Assembly (NCBI GenBank): GCA_951406725.2
Contig: OX597825.1
Span: 27,280,001-27,344,000 of the forward strand
Reading direction: 5' to 3'
DNA length: 64,000 nucleotides
Source: Octopus vulgaris
Lineage: Eukaryota
Part shown: piece by piece, positions 1-14,118 of the stretch
How positions within the stretch are numbered: position 1 is the first letter of the stretch
Layout of the letters: every line of letters begins with the position of its first letter
The notes under the pieces: model-generated
Databases searched by the model: none
What the model was told of the DNA's origin: nothing
What the model saw: only the letters and a program-made list of their open reading frames with translations
Made by a program: the position numbers and the translations under genes

Positions 1-1248
1 TTTCAAGATCTATTTTATTTTATTTCTTCATTTTACTTTTGCCATGCTAAGCACTGTTGATATTGACTACATCTCAGCAAATAATACCAGCAGCTACCAA
101 AATTTGCAATTCCTATTTGCATTTGGCTCTTAATTTACTTTAGATTTACAGATGCGACTGCATTAAAGCTACTCACGTTTATTTCAGGGAATTTCTTCAG
201 AATTAAGTTAGCTCCGCCATTTTACTGCCAGAATTTAGATGCTCTTACAGTTAATTCCGTATTTTTTTTTCTCTACTCTGCAGTAGCTGGGGACTTGGGG
301 GATATAAATAAACGCTGAGATTTTGTGACATCTACAGAAATTTGAAGTAGATAGTGAAGTTTCTGGAGAACTTACAGGCTAAATCAATGTATGTGTAACT
401 TAAAATCTATTTGCCCTGCAAGCGGACAGGATTTACAAAGATGAGGGTGGGTTGGGTATGTATATTAGCATCTACTGGCAGTGTTATCGTTGGAAAGGCT
501 CGCGGTAGGGATGGTAATGATGGCGATTATGCTAATGAAAAGTGTATTTATATGAATGATGACCATGGCATCGATGATTGTGATGACTTTGTTCGTGTCA
601 TTGGCGACGGTGGTGCTGTATATGCTACTCCTAGTGCCGTTGGTTGCACTGAGGTGGTGCTGCTGGGGTTGCTGCTGCTGCTGGGGCTACCGCTGCTGCT
701 TGTAGTCTAGTGGTGGCGCTAGCAGTGGAGTCGGCGGTGGTTTTCGGGTGCTGATGGTACGCTTGATGCTGGAGTTGGTGATGTATGTGACTCTGTGGCA
801 CTGACGGACGTGGCGACTCAGAATCATCAAATGAGGAGGAAAACAAAGAGGAAGAGAACAAGAAAAACAAGGACAGAAATAAGGAGAAGGAGGGGAGGAT
901 AACAGGAGGCGATCAAGATTGATAGGTGAGCTAGAGGACGAGAGTAACCGTGATGATGGAAATGGCAAGGTAATCGTTAAGAGAAAGAGAAAGATGACGA
1001 TGACAAAAGCAATGATTCAACGATGGTGATGGCGGTGGAAATGATGGCTATGAGGATGGTGGTGAAGATGAGGATGATGATGATGATGATATGAAAATTG
1101 TAGGATAAGAAAAAACATCGGAGAAAATGGAGGATTACACTGATCCTAATGGCGTATTCGTTTCTTACACGAAGACATGTTCCATACTTTGCCTTGGAAA
1201 GCTCTTATATAATTGCTAGCATCAACTATGTACATAACTACATCTAGG

Positions 1249-1292
1249 TTTCTTCTTCTTCTTCTTCTTCTTCTTCTTCTTCTTCTTCTTCT

Positions 1293-1327
<35 letters not shown>

Positions 1328-1505
1328 TTCATCTTTTTCTTCTACTTATTATTATTTTTCTTCTTTTGTTTCTTCTTCTTTTTCTTCTTCCTTCTTCTTC
1401 TTCTTCTTCTTCTGGGTATGATGATGATGATCATCATCATCATCGTCATCATCATCATCATCATTGTCGTCGTCGTCGTCGTCGTCGTCGTCATCATCAT
1501 CATCA

Positions 1506-1583
<78 letters not shown>

Positions 1584-1593
1584 CATCGTCGTC
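1249..1593. repeat. Compound trinucleotide microsatellite (CTT)n/(CAT)n/(CGT)n
   Basis: Directly visible; accounts for the poly-L/H/S/D ORFs at 1213-1721. Confidence 0.95.
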
Positions 1594-1597
1594 GCAA

Positions 1598-1810
1598 GGG
1601 TGGTGAACTGCAGAAATCGTCAGCACGCTGGACAAAATGCTTAGCGCTATATCGTCCGTCTATACATTCTCTGTTTCCAAACCTCTTAAGTCGAATTCGC
1701 CTTACATCCTTTCGGGATTAATGAAATAAGTACCTGTTGATTATCGGAGCAATTTAATCGACTAAAATCCAATCCCAGTATTTCTAGCCTGGTGTCTATT
1801 GTAGCAAGAT
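1598..1810 (+). mobile_element. tRNA-derived SINE, family M (GGCGGCGAGCTGGCAGAA head; CCTTTCATCCTTTCGGGGTCGAT body), degenerate
   Basis: Aligns by eye with the better copies at 17943-18170 and 15928-16348. Confidence 0.75.
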
Positions 1811-1832
1811 TAATTGACTATTAATAAATGAA

Positions 1833-1989
1833 AAGCGGCGAGCTGACAGAATCGTTAGCACGCCGGGTAAAATGCTTAGCGACATTTCGTCCGTCTTTAC
1901 GTTCTGATTTCAAATACCACCGAGGTCGACTTTACTTTTCATCCATTTTGTCCACCGAGCTAACGAGTTCTGCAGTTCACCACTTTTCC

Positions 1990-2040
<51 letters not shown>

Positions 2041-2045
2041 AATGA

Positions 2046-2079
<34 letters not shown>

Positions 2080-2230
2080 GATGGTGATGATGGTGATTAT
2101 TGTGATGATGATGATGATGATGATGGAATCCACTTATCATCCATTTCCAGGTCGATAAATTATTGCGATAAGACGGCTTCATACTGGCAATGGAATTATA
2201 ATGCAATACTACTAGAGAAGTGAGCCTGGT
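1833..2230 (+). mobile_element. Family M SINE interrupted by an inverted SINE-head plus (GAT)n segment
   Basis: Head at 1833-1945; body resumes near 2136 (TCATCCATTTCCAGGTCGATAAATT); 1944-2125 matches the reverse complement of about 1430-1639. Confidence 0.7.
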
Positions 2231-2809
2231 AGAACTTGATACAAGGACTAAGATCGTGGTTGCGTAGAAGACGATAGAAACAATAACAACAATGCGAAAG
2301 AGAGGTGGAGGGAGAAGTGTCGGAGGACGAAGAGGACGGGGAGGAGGAAAATGCTTACAGCAGCAAAGGAGAGATGAACTTAATGGAATGGCTAAACGAG
2401 GCAAACTAGTGAAAGAATAAGACGACAAGCTTTGAGAGGAATCGAAATAGAAAAAATACTGGGCGAGATGTTTGCGAAAATCTATGTCAAAAATGATCTC
2501 AACGACATCTGTTGCCGAAGACATACTTGCAGCGTGAATCAAGAAAAAGCAATGGAAAAACAGAGATTTCAGCATCAACTTCAACAACTCAATCAGGGAA
2601 GTGTTCTAGACAAAAGTAAAAGGTGTGGTAGGCATACTGACGATTCTGAAAAATCCTACTGCACAACCTGTACAAATGACTTGTTTATACTGATCAAATA
2701 TATACACTGTACATTCGGTCGCTCTCTCCACAAGAAATCGTCGTTGCCTGAACAGGTGTGCAACGCACAACACACAAGGTGTCGAAAAGATCACAGAACA
2801 ACGACGGAT

Positions 2810-2912
2810 GAAATGTTTTTCGCAAGAACACAACTCAGCACCTGGTCAAGGAAATGAAATCGCAATCTCCTGATCAGGAATACAATACTCTAATGACTTG
2901 GCCATGTGCCCT
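2810..2912 (-). mobile_element. Degenerate tRNA-derived SINE head (head B type)
   Basis: Similar to 55590-55695 (CAAGAACACAAC...GCCATGTGCC). Confidence 0.5.
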
Positions 2913-3229
2913 CAGGGCGAAAATATTAATACAATGAATATATGGGTCAGACCTGTATTAATATATTCTGCTATTTTCTAAAATGAACAGATTTAGATGT
3001 AATAAGATTTGCACAAAATGTACAACGTACACAGCTCTTGAAATAATGTCAACAGGCTTTACCTACCAAAGAAGCATGGTTTGAGAGGTTCATACTGAAT
3101 GTCCATAGAAAGTGCTACCAGTGCTACGATGTTTGGTTTTAGATTCTATGTTATGCGCTATGAATAAAAATACTACCTGCAGCTAGAAATATTCAAAATG
3201 TCACTTTAGCATTAAGTGAATTCAAAACT

Positions 3230-3985
3230 CGAAGGAAGAACAGCAGAAAATATAGAATGAATTACGTGGACATTTCATACAACAGAGCAAGGATTTATTC
3301 CGCAAGTAAAGAAAGCTGATTGTAACTGACAGATGAAAATATAAAACGAGAAACCGAATCGCTAACTATTTCTGCTCCATCCATTAGAAGGAATTTCATA
3401 AAAGCAAAGATTGATAAATCTCAGTCAGTTAGCAAACGCATAATCTGTGGGAAAGAAGACAAAAGCATTAACCGTCTCCTAACCTAGAACATAAATGCTT
3501 AAGTGAAAACATTACTGTGCTGGTAAAAGGGTAGATTTAGATGTTAGCCATGTCGATGGATTCAACGTGACAGAAGAGTTCTATGCGTTTAATGAGGTTG
3601 AAGTTGTGATAATGAATAATATTTACAAGGTTATACGGGGAGTTTTTTTATAAAGATTTATCATACTATTATAATAAGGAGACCACGTAAAATAGTTGAT
3701 GACATAAAAGCAGTTTACGCTCATAGACACTGCCATACCATATCAGGAAAGAGTTGATAACAATGAAATTTAGAAAACTGAGAAATACTGTTAGGCTACC
3801 AAAGAGATGAAAAGACTATTATCGGAAAGTCTAACCTATAAAGGAACAGATACACGCACTCTTCACTAGCAGAGAGGTGATGATATATGCTATTGTATAA
3901 GAATCCTAAGAAATATTGAGATTTGAAGAGACTTGATTCTACAAACACTGAAGACATCTTTACTGACTCAAGTAGCATGCAATCG
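3230..3985 (+). pseudogene. Highly degraded RLE-type (R4/Dong-like) non-LTR retrotransposon, 3' part
   Basis: Conceptual translation gives KRETESL..., IKAKIDKSQ..SK.IICGKEDKSIN (zinc-knuckle region) and LIDTAIPYQERVD..E..K.EKY (RLE region), with many stops. Confidence 0.6.
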
Positions 3986-4024
3986 CTTTGTAATAAGTAT
4001 AGTTGTTTCTCCTCTAGCTACAAG

Positions 4025-4091
4025 GATGATGATGATGATGATGATGATGACGACGGCGACGATAATGATGTTGATGATGTTGATGGTGGTA

Positions 4092-4134
<43 letters not shown>

Positions 4135-4236
4135 CGACGATGATGATGAGGATAATAATAATAATAATGATAATGATAATAATTAATAATATTAATAATA
4201 ATTATCATTATTATTATTATTATTATTATTATCATT
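4025..4236. repeat. (GAT)n/(AAT)n/(TTA)n microsatellite
   Basis: Directly visible. Confidence 0.95.
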
Positions 4237-4785
4237 GAGTGAGAGAGCAGTTCATGCCATCAAAGTGACACTGGGGTAAAATATACGAAGCCCAATATAC
4301 CCATCATGACTACCCGTCTGATAAGGGTACACCAGGCACATACATCACAACCATATGTGCGCGACATGGTGATCTCATATAAAGATAAACAGCACATGAC
4401 CTTGCAGGTGGGGCCCAGTTAGAATTTTCTTCAGGTTGAGTAGCCCATCCCGCTCAAACGGTCCCTGAATAAGGATTGTTTAAGGATGTTGAAAGAACCA
4501 CCCATGTTTCCAGAGGTGAACTATTCAAACCACAAAGAATCCCTCTCAACACATGGCTATGATGCTCCCCCTCTACTTCTGCTCCTGCTCAGAGATGCAC
4601 ATATCGTCAGCCATTAAGGGACATGCTTAAGGTCAAACAACTGACAAGCAAATCTGTGGTATTGAGCAGAATATTTGCTGTAGCCCATCTTTTATACCAA
4701 GACAAAACAATGTACATGATAACACTTCCAATTAGTTAAGATCAGAAGCCATGAGAGCCACTGCCTGGTACTGCATCAGGGCATT
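4237..4785. mobile_element. ~550 bp non-coding element flanked on both sides by (TTA)n; probable non-autonomous insertion
   Basis: Sharp switch from microsatellite to complex sequence and back; no ORF, TIR or tRNA head recognised. Confidence 0.55.
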
Positions 4786-4800
4786 TATTATTATTATTAC

Positions 4801-4846
<46 letters not shown>

Positions 4847-4864
4847 ACTATTATTATTATTATA

Positions 4865-6375
4865 AGACAGTCATAACAAAAAAGAAGGATCTAAGTAGAG
4901 CTAGGAACGATTGTGAACAGGCATTTGATAGTATTCCCCACGACATGGGCCCTAGAAACACTAGCCATGAACAAGATAGCAACCATAATCATAAAAATAT
5001 ATAAAAACATTCCAGGAATGGGTGGCAAAGAATGCTACAGCTCCAGACAATTGAGAGACTCATGTAAACCAAAGCCATCCCCATTAGAAGAGGAATATTC
5101 CAGGAAACACTCCTTTTCTGTTTGGATCTGACACTTTTATTTAATATGCTAAACAGAACTGTATGTGGATAAAACTGTTACAGCAAAACAATCAACCATT
5201 TCTTGTATATGGATTATTTAAACCTGTATGATGCAAAGGATAAACAGCTAAGAACTTTACTACAGATAGTAAATTGATTTACCAAACAAATAAACATGAA
5301 ATTTGGCTAAGAAAAATGTGCAAAATCAACTTTTAAAAGACGAAAACTAGTTAAGAGTAATAGCATCCCAATAGATAAAGCAAATGATGTCAAATTATTA
5401 GACAAAAGCCAGATTTGCAAATACTTAGGAATCAATGAACGAGATACGATACAACAGGCAAATGAAACAGAAGATGAGAAACGAATATTATAGACGAGCT
5501 AAATTATTACTGAAAACAGAGCTCAATGCGAAAAATACGATAATAGCTATCAACACCCTAGCCGTCCTAGTTATAAGCTACAGCTACAATATTTTTAACT
5601 GGACTTTAAATGAACTAATTTAAATAGACTGGAAAGCAAGAATAATAAGTAGATGATTTAGGACGCAATATCCAAAATCTGACAGAAGTTTATATGTACA
5701 ACGTATCGCAGGTGGTATAGGCGTAGAAAGCTATTACAACTAGAAAACTATTACAAAATAGCTACCATAGGATAGCAGAAATACCTACTTGAGAAGCAAG
5801 GAAAACTAATGCACATGGCCACAAAATATGAATAAAAGAAAAAAAAAATATTTTGCACCTCTAAGGAAGCTGGCAAATACAAAACAAAAGAAGTTATAGA
5901 ACCCAATAACTATGAAGCAAAAGCTGTAAAACAACTGAAATCCAAACTAAAACTGCAATAGCAACGTACCAAGAGAAAACGATGGAAAGAATGGCCCCTA
6001 CATGACAAGTATTTGGATAAGATAAACAAATAATAAATAAACATAGCAAAATCTCAACATTGGTTGAGAAGCTCAGGACTGAAAGCAGAGATTGAAGGAT
6101 TTTTAATTTCAGCACAAGATCAAATACTTCCCACCATAAATCGCAAAAAGCATATAAGGCATAAAGAAATACATGTAACTGTAGAATACGTGGTGATGGA
6201 GAAGAAACAATAAATCATATTGCCTCTGGCTGCCCAGTCCTGGCTTGAAAGGAATATATTCACTGACACAACGGAATTGGAACTTATATACACTGTAAAC
6301 TAAGCCAATACTATGGAATAACACGAGTAAAAATATGGCATAGGTACACGCCAGAAACGGTCACAGATAATGAGA
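4865..6375 (+). pseudogene. Degraded R4/Dong-like RLE non-LTR retrotransposon (RT to zinc knuckle)
   Basis: Remnant motifs AFDSIPH, INHFLYMD.LNLY, KYLGI, KTELNAKNTIIAINTLAV, LYVQRIAGG, WLRSSGLKAEIEGFLISAQDQ; clearly related to 60803-61825. Confidence 0.85.
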
Positions 6376-7168
6376 GAGCTGCTGGTGGTGATCTTTTCTA
6401 CTATATGTACAAGCTCTGAAATTTTGCGGCCGGATCCAAATCGATTATATCAAGCCAGTGCTCAAGCGATACACATTTTATCAAAGTTGAAAAGGTTGAC
6501 GGCAAAATCTCCTTCGGAGCACTTTGAACAAAACACGCCAGAAGGAATGCCGCTATTTCGTTCGATAAGCTAACGTAAGAAAAACTGAACTTTCGGTAGT
6601 CACTAAATATAGTAGCCTAAATATGCACCATATCACTATATTTTACAGCAATATAAGGTGTACGATAGTAAATCTACGAGTGCTTGTTAGTAACTGAATC
6701 TGTATTCGTTCCAGCAGTAAACAACAAAGGCCCTGATACCAGACATTGGGATGAAATTCAGTGCTTTGTAATTGTGAATCAACATTTTTAAACATTCGAC
6801 CATGCTGTATGCAATGTTCATTTCATGAGCATATAGATATCAGTGTGTGAAGCGGGGTGTTAAAACAGTCCGGGGAATCTACTTGTGCTCCTTACTAAAT
6901 TCTAATTGTGTACTCTTGCTTATATGGAAGCTACAATTTCAGTATTCATTAAATATAGTAGAATCACATTTGGTATTAGCTTACAACTGTTTTTTTTTCT
7001 ATATTTATTAATGTACCCTTGCATGTGTGTCTCCTCTATGTTTAGAATGGGCTTTTAGATCTTTTCAATTCATACCACTCCTGAAAAAATTTGAATTATT
7101 TCTTCGTCAGTATATCTTTTTGTTCCCACACCTAATCGCGGTGCATGTCTATTTTATTATTTGTAAAG

Positions 7169-7388
7169 GAGAGGGGGGCTGAAGCGTTCCTGGCTTTGAG
7201 TAAAAGAAAATACAGGAAGACCAGTTTATTATGATTTTATTGAATATAATCCCCTATCGGATTCACACACTTTTTGCAACAGACTTTCAGTTTTTCTAAG
7301 CTCGGACAAAGAACTCGGTAGGTTGGGACCCCAGCTAGCTCTTTCCAGATACCATTAAAGCCAGGAACTATAGAGCACCCACCACGTA
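7169..7388. mobile_element. Mariner-type MITE
   Basis: Imperfect TIRs sharing GTTCCTGGCTTT (left) and AAAGCCAGGAAC (right); ends at CGTA next to a TA run. Confidence 0.6.
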
Positions 7389-10300
7389 TATATATATAGT
7401 TTTGTCTTCATCCTTCGCTTTGCCTTCCCATTCCGCGTTTTATCGTATTCGACATTTAATACTTACTTGCTTTTCAAACGATTTCACACTTTGAAAACTC
7501 CTACAAACTTTTATGTTTTATCTCTATAGGTTTGCTATAGAATTCTGAGTCAACACTGCAAGTTAAGACGTTTCGTAAACGAATACGTCTATGTAAAAAA
7601 TGCGGTCGCAGTATTTTCATAGACGAATTCGTCAATAATGCGATTGAAATTGTAAAGAAATAAAACTTAAAAGTGAATACACAGCACTGCTAAACACAAA
7701 GTGAAACATAATCTTGAATTGTAAACATTTTATGTGCTTGGTACCATTCTGTGGTTTCAAAACGGAATTTTATGTCCTTGTCAGCAATTAATATGTACTC
7801 CTACAGAATCCCCTAGCCTCTCGGTTTATGTCTTTCTACATAATTCGTGGCCCACACTACACATAACACTTACGCTACTTGGAATGCTATTTTCCAACTC
7901 TCTTTACCCCTACCATTTCACGTTACCCTTTCACATTTTCCTTTTTACATTTGTCTTTCTCCCATCTTAGTGTTAGTATCTATATTCTTCTCTATATTCT
8001 ATCTCAGTTCTAAAATTGTTTGTCGTTTTGTTCGTTTGCTAAATTAAGTTTACAGGCTACTACGGAGAAAATACAAATTTGCGTGAATAAGGATTGAAAA
8101 CCAGCAACCAGAACTACAATGAAAGCACCAACAACACAGACAACAACGCTAACAAAAGCCATAAATTTTTATGTACCCAAGTACAAAAAAAATACGACAG
8201 CGTTTACACTACGGCAACGACTAGCTAACGCACATAACTTCGATTCTCTTTGAATTTGATCGATCTGATCACATCTATCAAGAGATTACAATCTTTATTT
8301 CTTTAAACTACAATAAGAACATAAACTTGGACAGCACTGACACAAAACAAAGAAATAAAATGAAATATATTCTTCACAGAATATAGAATATTCAAGAGTA
8401 CCCAGAATATAATATAATTGTTCAGAATCATAAATAGTATTGCTTAAATTGTGATCAATTTAGGATAATATTTCTGTAAGATAAATACATTCTGTCGCAC
8501 ACAAAAATGTATTCCAAACCTTCTAAGGAAGACGTTCATTTGAAATTCAGAAGAAAGAAATTCCCCTGTGCTTTCAACTCAACAACGTTCCAAAATCATA
8601 TACGATAAAACGGAGAAATTGCTGTAAAGAAATTGTCATTAAACATTAAGTATTGATAAAAGGGTACGATAGTGTCTTGGATATGATATGTGGATATTAT
8701 AACAACAAGATATAACAGAGAAAACATTGCAAAAACGCAGCAGTCATGATAGAAGTAATTAGGCACCATTTCAACTTTGTATTTGCGAGTGGCCTCTTAT
8801 GTTATTCCCAATTTTGCTGATGCACTTTGGTCGATAATGTTTGTAGTCTGTATTATAGTTGCTGCTAGAAATAATATAACGTTTAATGCAAACATTCAAA
8901 CACAGATACAGGAAAACACACGCATGGAAAGCCACTTCTTCTTATACAAGCACACAGGCACACATAACTCTTATACACATCTATATACACTTTTGCATAT
9001 ACGCGATAACTTTCAAGAAAAATACGTTGCTGCAAATATCGCCATACTGTTTCTAAGTTATAACCATGATCTCTTCTCCTTTTCTCACTCACCTTCACTC
9101 TCTCTACATCTCCTTGTCTCTATCTCACTGTGTTCATGTTTGTAATTCTAAAGACTTTAAGTCTGCTGAGACAGTGTCTCGTACTTCAATACAGTTCAGC
9201 AGGCCGTAGTTCTGGGTTCCATATTAATGTACAGCTTGCTTTCTAAAATACTAATGAAATGTTCACAAACACAACCTACACTTTGCAAATCAAGTCTCAT
9301 GTGATATGTGATCTTCCTAGGTTTGGATACACTCATTAGTCACAATGAGTACTACAAACATAGAGAAATAATAACTGGCGAACGATGCTATAGTTCACTT
9401 ATTGCCCTCTAAAGCAGATATATAACTAAGTAAATAAGTATGTGCGTTGTGTTTCTCTGGGCCTATCTATTTTCTCGAATCAGCTGGAAGTTGAACATAT
9501 TGCTTCCTTTCCAAGTATGTCAACAACAACAACATAACTCTTATCAGGAGTCTTACACATACAACTGCGTTTGCGCGCGTATATTTCAGTGTGAGTTTGT
9601 GCGTAGTCTCTAAATTTCGGAAGTGGATTGGTTTCGTGCTGGCAGAATGTATGACTAAATTGCCACTTTTCAAGTCATCCATAATTCGAGCACCAGGACC
9701 TGTATATTTGCACGAGCCGCAGCCTCGACCAGACTTTCTCAAATCCATGTTTTTTCCTCTTGCAGCGGTAAATTTGGAACGAGTTTTCATTTAACTACAC
9801 CAATTCCTCAAGATTTGAAAGGCGTACAAAAACCACAGTCAGTTTAGCATCCGATTGATCAATCCAAAATGTGATTAAATGATTAATGAGACGGGTAGAG
9901 AATGAAAGTGAAACTAAAAATGGGCCTGATTTGAATTGCCAGCTTCTCATACATGTCATACAAAATAACATTCCTGGGATTGGCTTCCTGTTCGGAATAT
10001 TACTGTATTGCACTAATCTTCGATCAAATCGAAAACTGGAAGAGCTAAAATATCACAGAATATCTCTTATGTAACAGGAAACTGAATAAAACATCTAATT
10101 TACCATAGCAACAGGTAAGTCAAAGTTTATAATACGTGTGTGTGTATGTGAAATTAGTATAAAAAAGCAAACACAGCAATGAGAATATATAGCCAGTAGT
10201 AACATATACAGAATGAACAGAATTATAAGAGTGTCTTTATTTAAAGGAAGACAAAATATTACAAAATGCAAAATAAAACAAGGTATTACGAATAAAAGAT

Positions 10301-11607
10301 ATGGATATATTTCAGCAGCTATAATACTCAAAATATTCAATCAACTGATCTTACTAGTGTTATCTCTGTTGAAATTTTGTATTAGTTTTGAAGCAAATTT
10401 AGATAAAGTTTCTGTGTAATAATATATTGAATGTTTAGTATTTACTTTACATAATAATATTCACCTGGACTATTTTCCTACATTCGTGATGTTAACAATT
10501 ACAGCAGGTGAACATAGGCAAGGCGATGTATACAGAGAAATATAACAAAATGAAACATAGGAATGTAATATAAGAGGGTACTATTTAAATGTCATCGATT
10601 TACAGATATTTACTTGAAATATTAAGAAACGGACGCTGCACATTAAATTATTTTCACCAAAATGTCATCACTAGTCCACGGATATTTCCAAACAACAATA
10701 ATTTGACACACTTTCGAATTTATTGCTAATAGGATAACTACGGATGCTGCTCGTGTTTTGTATGTTTTCATCTCCGTTTAAATCTCCATCAATATCTCAT
10801 TTAACACTTCAATGTTCAATAAACTTTGCGGTAACAAGATTTAGGATTTATAGAGCCACAGCTATAATATTTAACAATTTTCAGCAGCTTGCTAAGGCTT
10901 TCCTTTGACCACCTGTTTAAATTACACTACCAGCAACAAAATCGAAATTTAATTTCTTTACCCTAGCGACCTATTCAGGTTCATATATTCTCCTGTATGT
11001 TATCACAATACAAGCCGGGGATAATAAGAGTCCAGCCTTTTCTTAATGCTCTGTCGATTTTATCACTGCTCACATTTGCTATAAATGGCACTTCAAATGT
11101 GTTAAGTCAATACATGTTTCGATAAATACATATAACTAATTCTATCATTGAACAAAATTGCCCTTTCTTATGTGCAATGAGGTTTTTCCTTCCACTATTT
11201 ACATTAAGAACAAATCTAGCTTCCCGAAAACTATATTAATATGTATTCCGATTGATACATTCAATTCATTCTACCATTAACCGAGTTATGTGCGTATATG
11301 TATGTCATACATTTATTTAACTAAATTCTCTTGTTAATATGTTATATTAATGTTGTATTTCAAACGATATATAAACCAACATCTCCCATGCATTTCTATA
11401 CTTTAGTTACAGCTAACATACTAAGAATTTTTCCTGACAATTAACTTCACTTTATTGTGCATCTATCTGCACTAGCGTTTGATCAAACAATAAATATATA
11501 GATAAATAGACACACGTCTATACAAAAGAGCAGCCATTTACACACTACACACACAGAAACACATCAAAAACAACAGAAGCCGAACGTATTTAATAGAATA
11601 TGCGAGT

Positions 11608-11608
11608 C

Positions 11609-11650
<42 letters not shown>

Positions 11651-11806
11651 TATTTATGTGTATATATATATCATATATATATTTATATATATTTATATGT
11701 GTATATATATATTATACATATATATATATATGATATATGTATATATATATTATACATATATATATATATGATATATGTATATATATATTATACATATATA
11801 TATATT

Positions 11807-11870
<64 letters not shown>
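11608..11870. repeat. (AT)n microsatellite, imperfect
   Basis: Directly visible. Confidence 0.95.
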
Positions 11871-11874
<4 letters not shown>

Positions 11875-13190
11875 CATGTATCTATATTTCAGTGTAGACT
11901 GTTTCAATCTCTTACATAACAGAGGAATTCGATACATCTAAACGAATAACTAGACAAATTAAATAAAAACGATGCCATACAAACAATGGCTTTGTATTAT
12001 TTTGGCTAAATCGATAGAGCGACATATAACGTATTTTGCAGCATTCTGGTTCATCTCTTAATGTTTTGAGTTCGAATCGTCCCGACGTCACGTTTACTAT
12101 ACTTCATTCCGAACTCAATATATTATAATATCAGTCATTGTCTGGTGTTTATGTAATTCACTTCACCTTATGTCCAAATCTCGTGACAGTTAACTAGATA
12201 TTTCATTATTTAGGCCTTTGATAACTGAAAGTATCAGCTAAGTTCTTGGTCGTACAATCGGCGAACCCCACTTCAGAAATATCGGGCCTTCTACCTATCA
12301 GAGAATTATCATTGTATTTAACGAAGGCTGTGATCTAATATCGGTTGTTGAAACCAGGGAAAGCAGTCATCAGTCTCTACCGTATTGACCATTTACTTTA
12401 GTTACAGTGGAGCATTGCGCCTTATATGTTAGTCTTGTATGTGGACACAAGCATATCCAGGTGGATAACAGCTTCGCTTCGCAGGCGCCTCATGATTAAG
12501 AAGGCGCTTGGTTTCGCTCTTGCTATTTGGCGTTGTCTCTTTCTTTTCCAATGTATTGTTTCAACTGACGATATTTGACTCAAAATCGGTGGATGAAATC
12601 TCAATAGAAACCCCTCAGTTGGATTCTATATTTAATTCACAGAACATTTTGACAGTGATTGGGAATTCTGTTAAGGATACACACGTCTATGGAATTCCCA
12701 GTCACTCACACTTTAATTACACGAGTCAGAATTTCGGTTGATTAAACGCCTTAACGCGTGAAACCGAGTGTGTATGAGTTAATTCATGTTCCGCGGGTCG
12801 ATGAATCACTTTATATCCTACTACTTCAGTGAGATCTCAATTCTCAGAATTCCGTTGTTACACATAGGTTTATGGATTTAGAGTTCATCTGTTGTATAGT
12901 CATAGTTCAGCCTGGATCATGCATTCATATAGTGAAATGCGTACTTTCACTTTCTTATATCTGGATATCCTTTTCTGAAGACTATTTTACAAATGTATCC
13001 CACTTTTTTGTGAGAGTGTAGAGAAAAGTCTGAGAGAAATATTTCAAAGAATAGTAATTTTATTGGAATCAAAATCTGTAGACTCATTCAGTTTTGCAAA
13101 TCTGACAGTACTCATTTGGATGCTGATTAATCATCGCTCACTCTCCTTCCACAATTTGAATCTCTTATTATTATCCTCTTTCATCTCTCT

Positions 13191-13243
13191 CGGCAAAACA
13201 TGGCTGATTATAAAGAAGTCGGCTTCCCAACTACATGGTTCTG
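13191..13243 (+). mobile_element. 5' head fragment of the CORE-type SINE (family C)
   Basis: TGGCTG..T.AAGAAG..GCTTCCCAAC.ACATG.TT matches the head at 51843-51885. Confidence 0.5.
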
Positions 13244-13259
13244 TCGCCATTCTATAATT

Positions 13260-14071
13260 TGAATTTCGTGCATGCAAATTTTAATTTTTTAAATTTTGTC
13301 GAACTCACGTAATAGCAGGATCAGTTTATCTCCGACTGTGAGGAAAACTGCACCATGACGCAATTCACTCTGCCTGAAATTTGGGAACGACATGCTGTAC
13401 TGCTTGGCATTTGCGCGGGAAGATTCCATATGAATATTTCAAAGTGTTTGGGTATCAATCTGAGGAGAGTGCAATCTACGTACATGTACGGATAGTGACA
13501 GAAACCAAACATCCACTCAACCTTATAGTGTTTGGAGTGATCACGAGTAATGGCAACGTTATACCATTATTCATTTTCCCACACGGCCTCAGACTTAACA
13601 TGCAGGCTCACATCAAGTGCCTGGTACGTATGTAGTGCTGAAGTAGGTGGCTGCTGGAAGACACTATGTCTGGCAACAAGATTCTGTACTGTGCACACAA
13701 GCAGAAGAATCCAGTCATGGCTATCAGGCAACTTCTGCGACCACATCACCCCTATCATCCAGCCGCCTAACCATTATTATATGTAGAGCGCAGTTGAACG
13801 AGAGACTAACAAAAATCTTGTAACATTAAAGATGAACTGAAGGCAAGCATTATAGCAGCATTCACCAACTTTAACAAGGAGACCGTCCAGAAGAGATGGA
13901 AGAGAATTAGAAGTCGTATGGAGGCCATGGTTGAAATCTATGGCAATTGAAGAGAATAAATTTACTCTTTACTATTTCGAGATATTTTTATGTAATTTTC
14001 GGAAATATATCTGTCAAGTATATTTTCATTTTTGTGTAATTAAGGCGACAGTTTATTCACCGCACCCTGTA
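13260..14071 (+). mobile_element. Tc1/mariner-superfamily DNA transposon relic (DD37D/maT-like transposase remnants)
   Basis: TKHPLNLIVFGVITSNGNVIPLFIFPHGLRLN, YVWQQDS, HTSRRIQSWLSGNFCDHITP..PPN; right end ...CACCCTGTA. Confidence 0.8.
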
Positions 14072-14085
14072 CATGCATACATACA

Positions 14086-14118
<33 letters not shown>

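Noticed and set aside
411-2587. ORFs with poly-L, -H, -D, -S tracts
   Set aside because: Translations of trinucleotide microsatellites and decayed simple repeats; no domain signal.
2918-2970. Pre-miRNA-sized hairpin (AATATTAATACA / TGTATTAATAT)
   Set aside because: Short AT-only stem expected by chance at this base composition.
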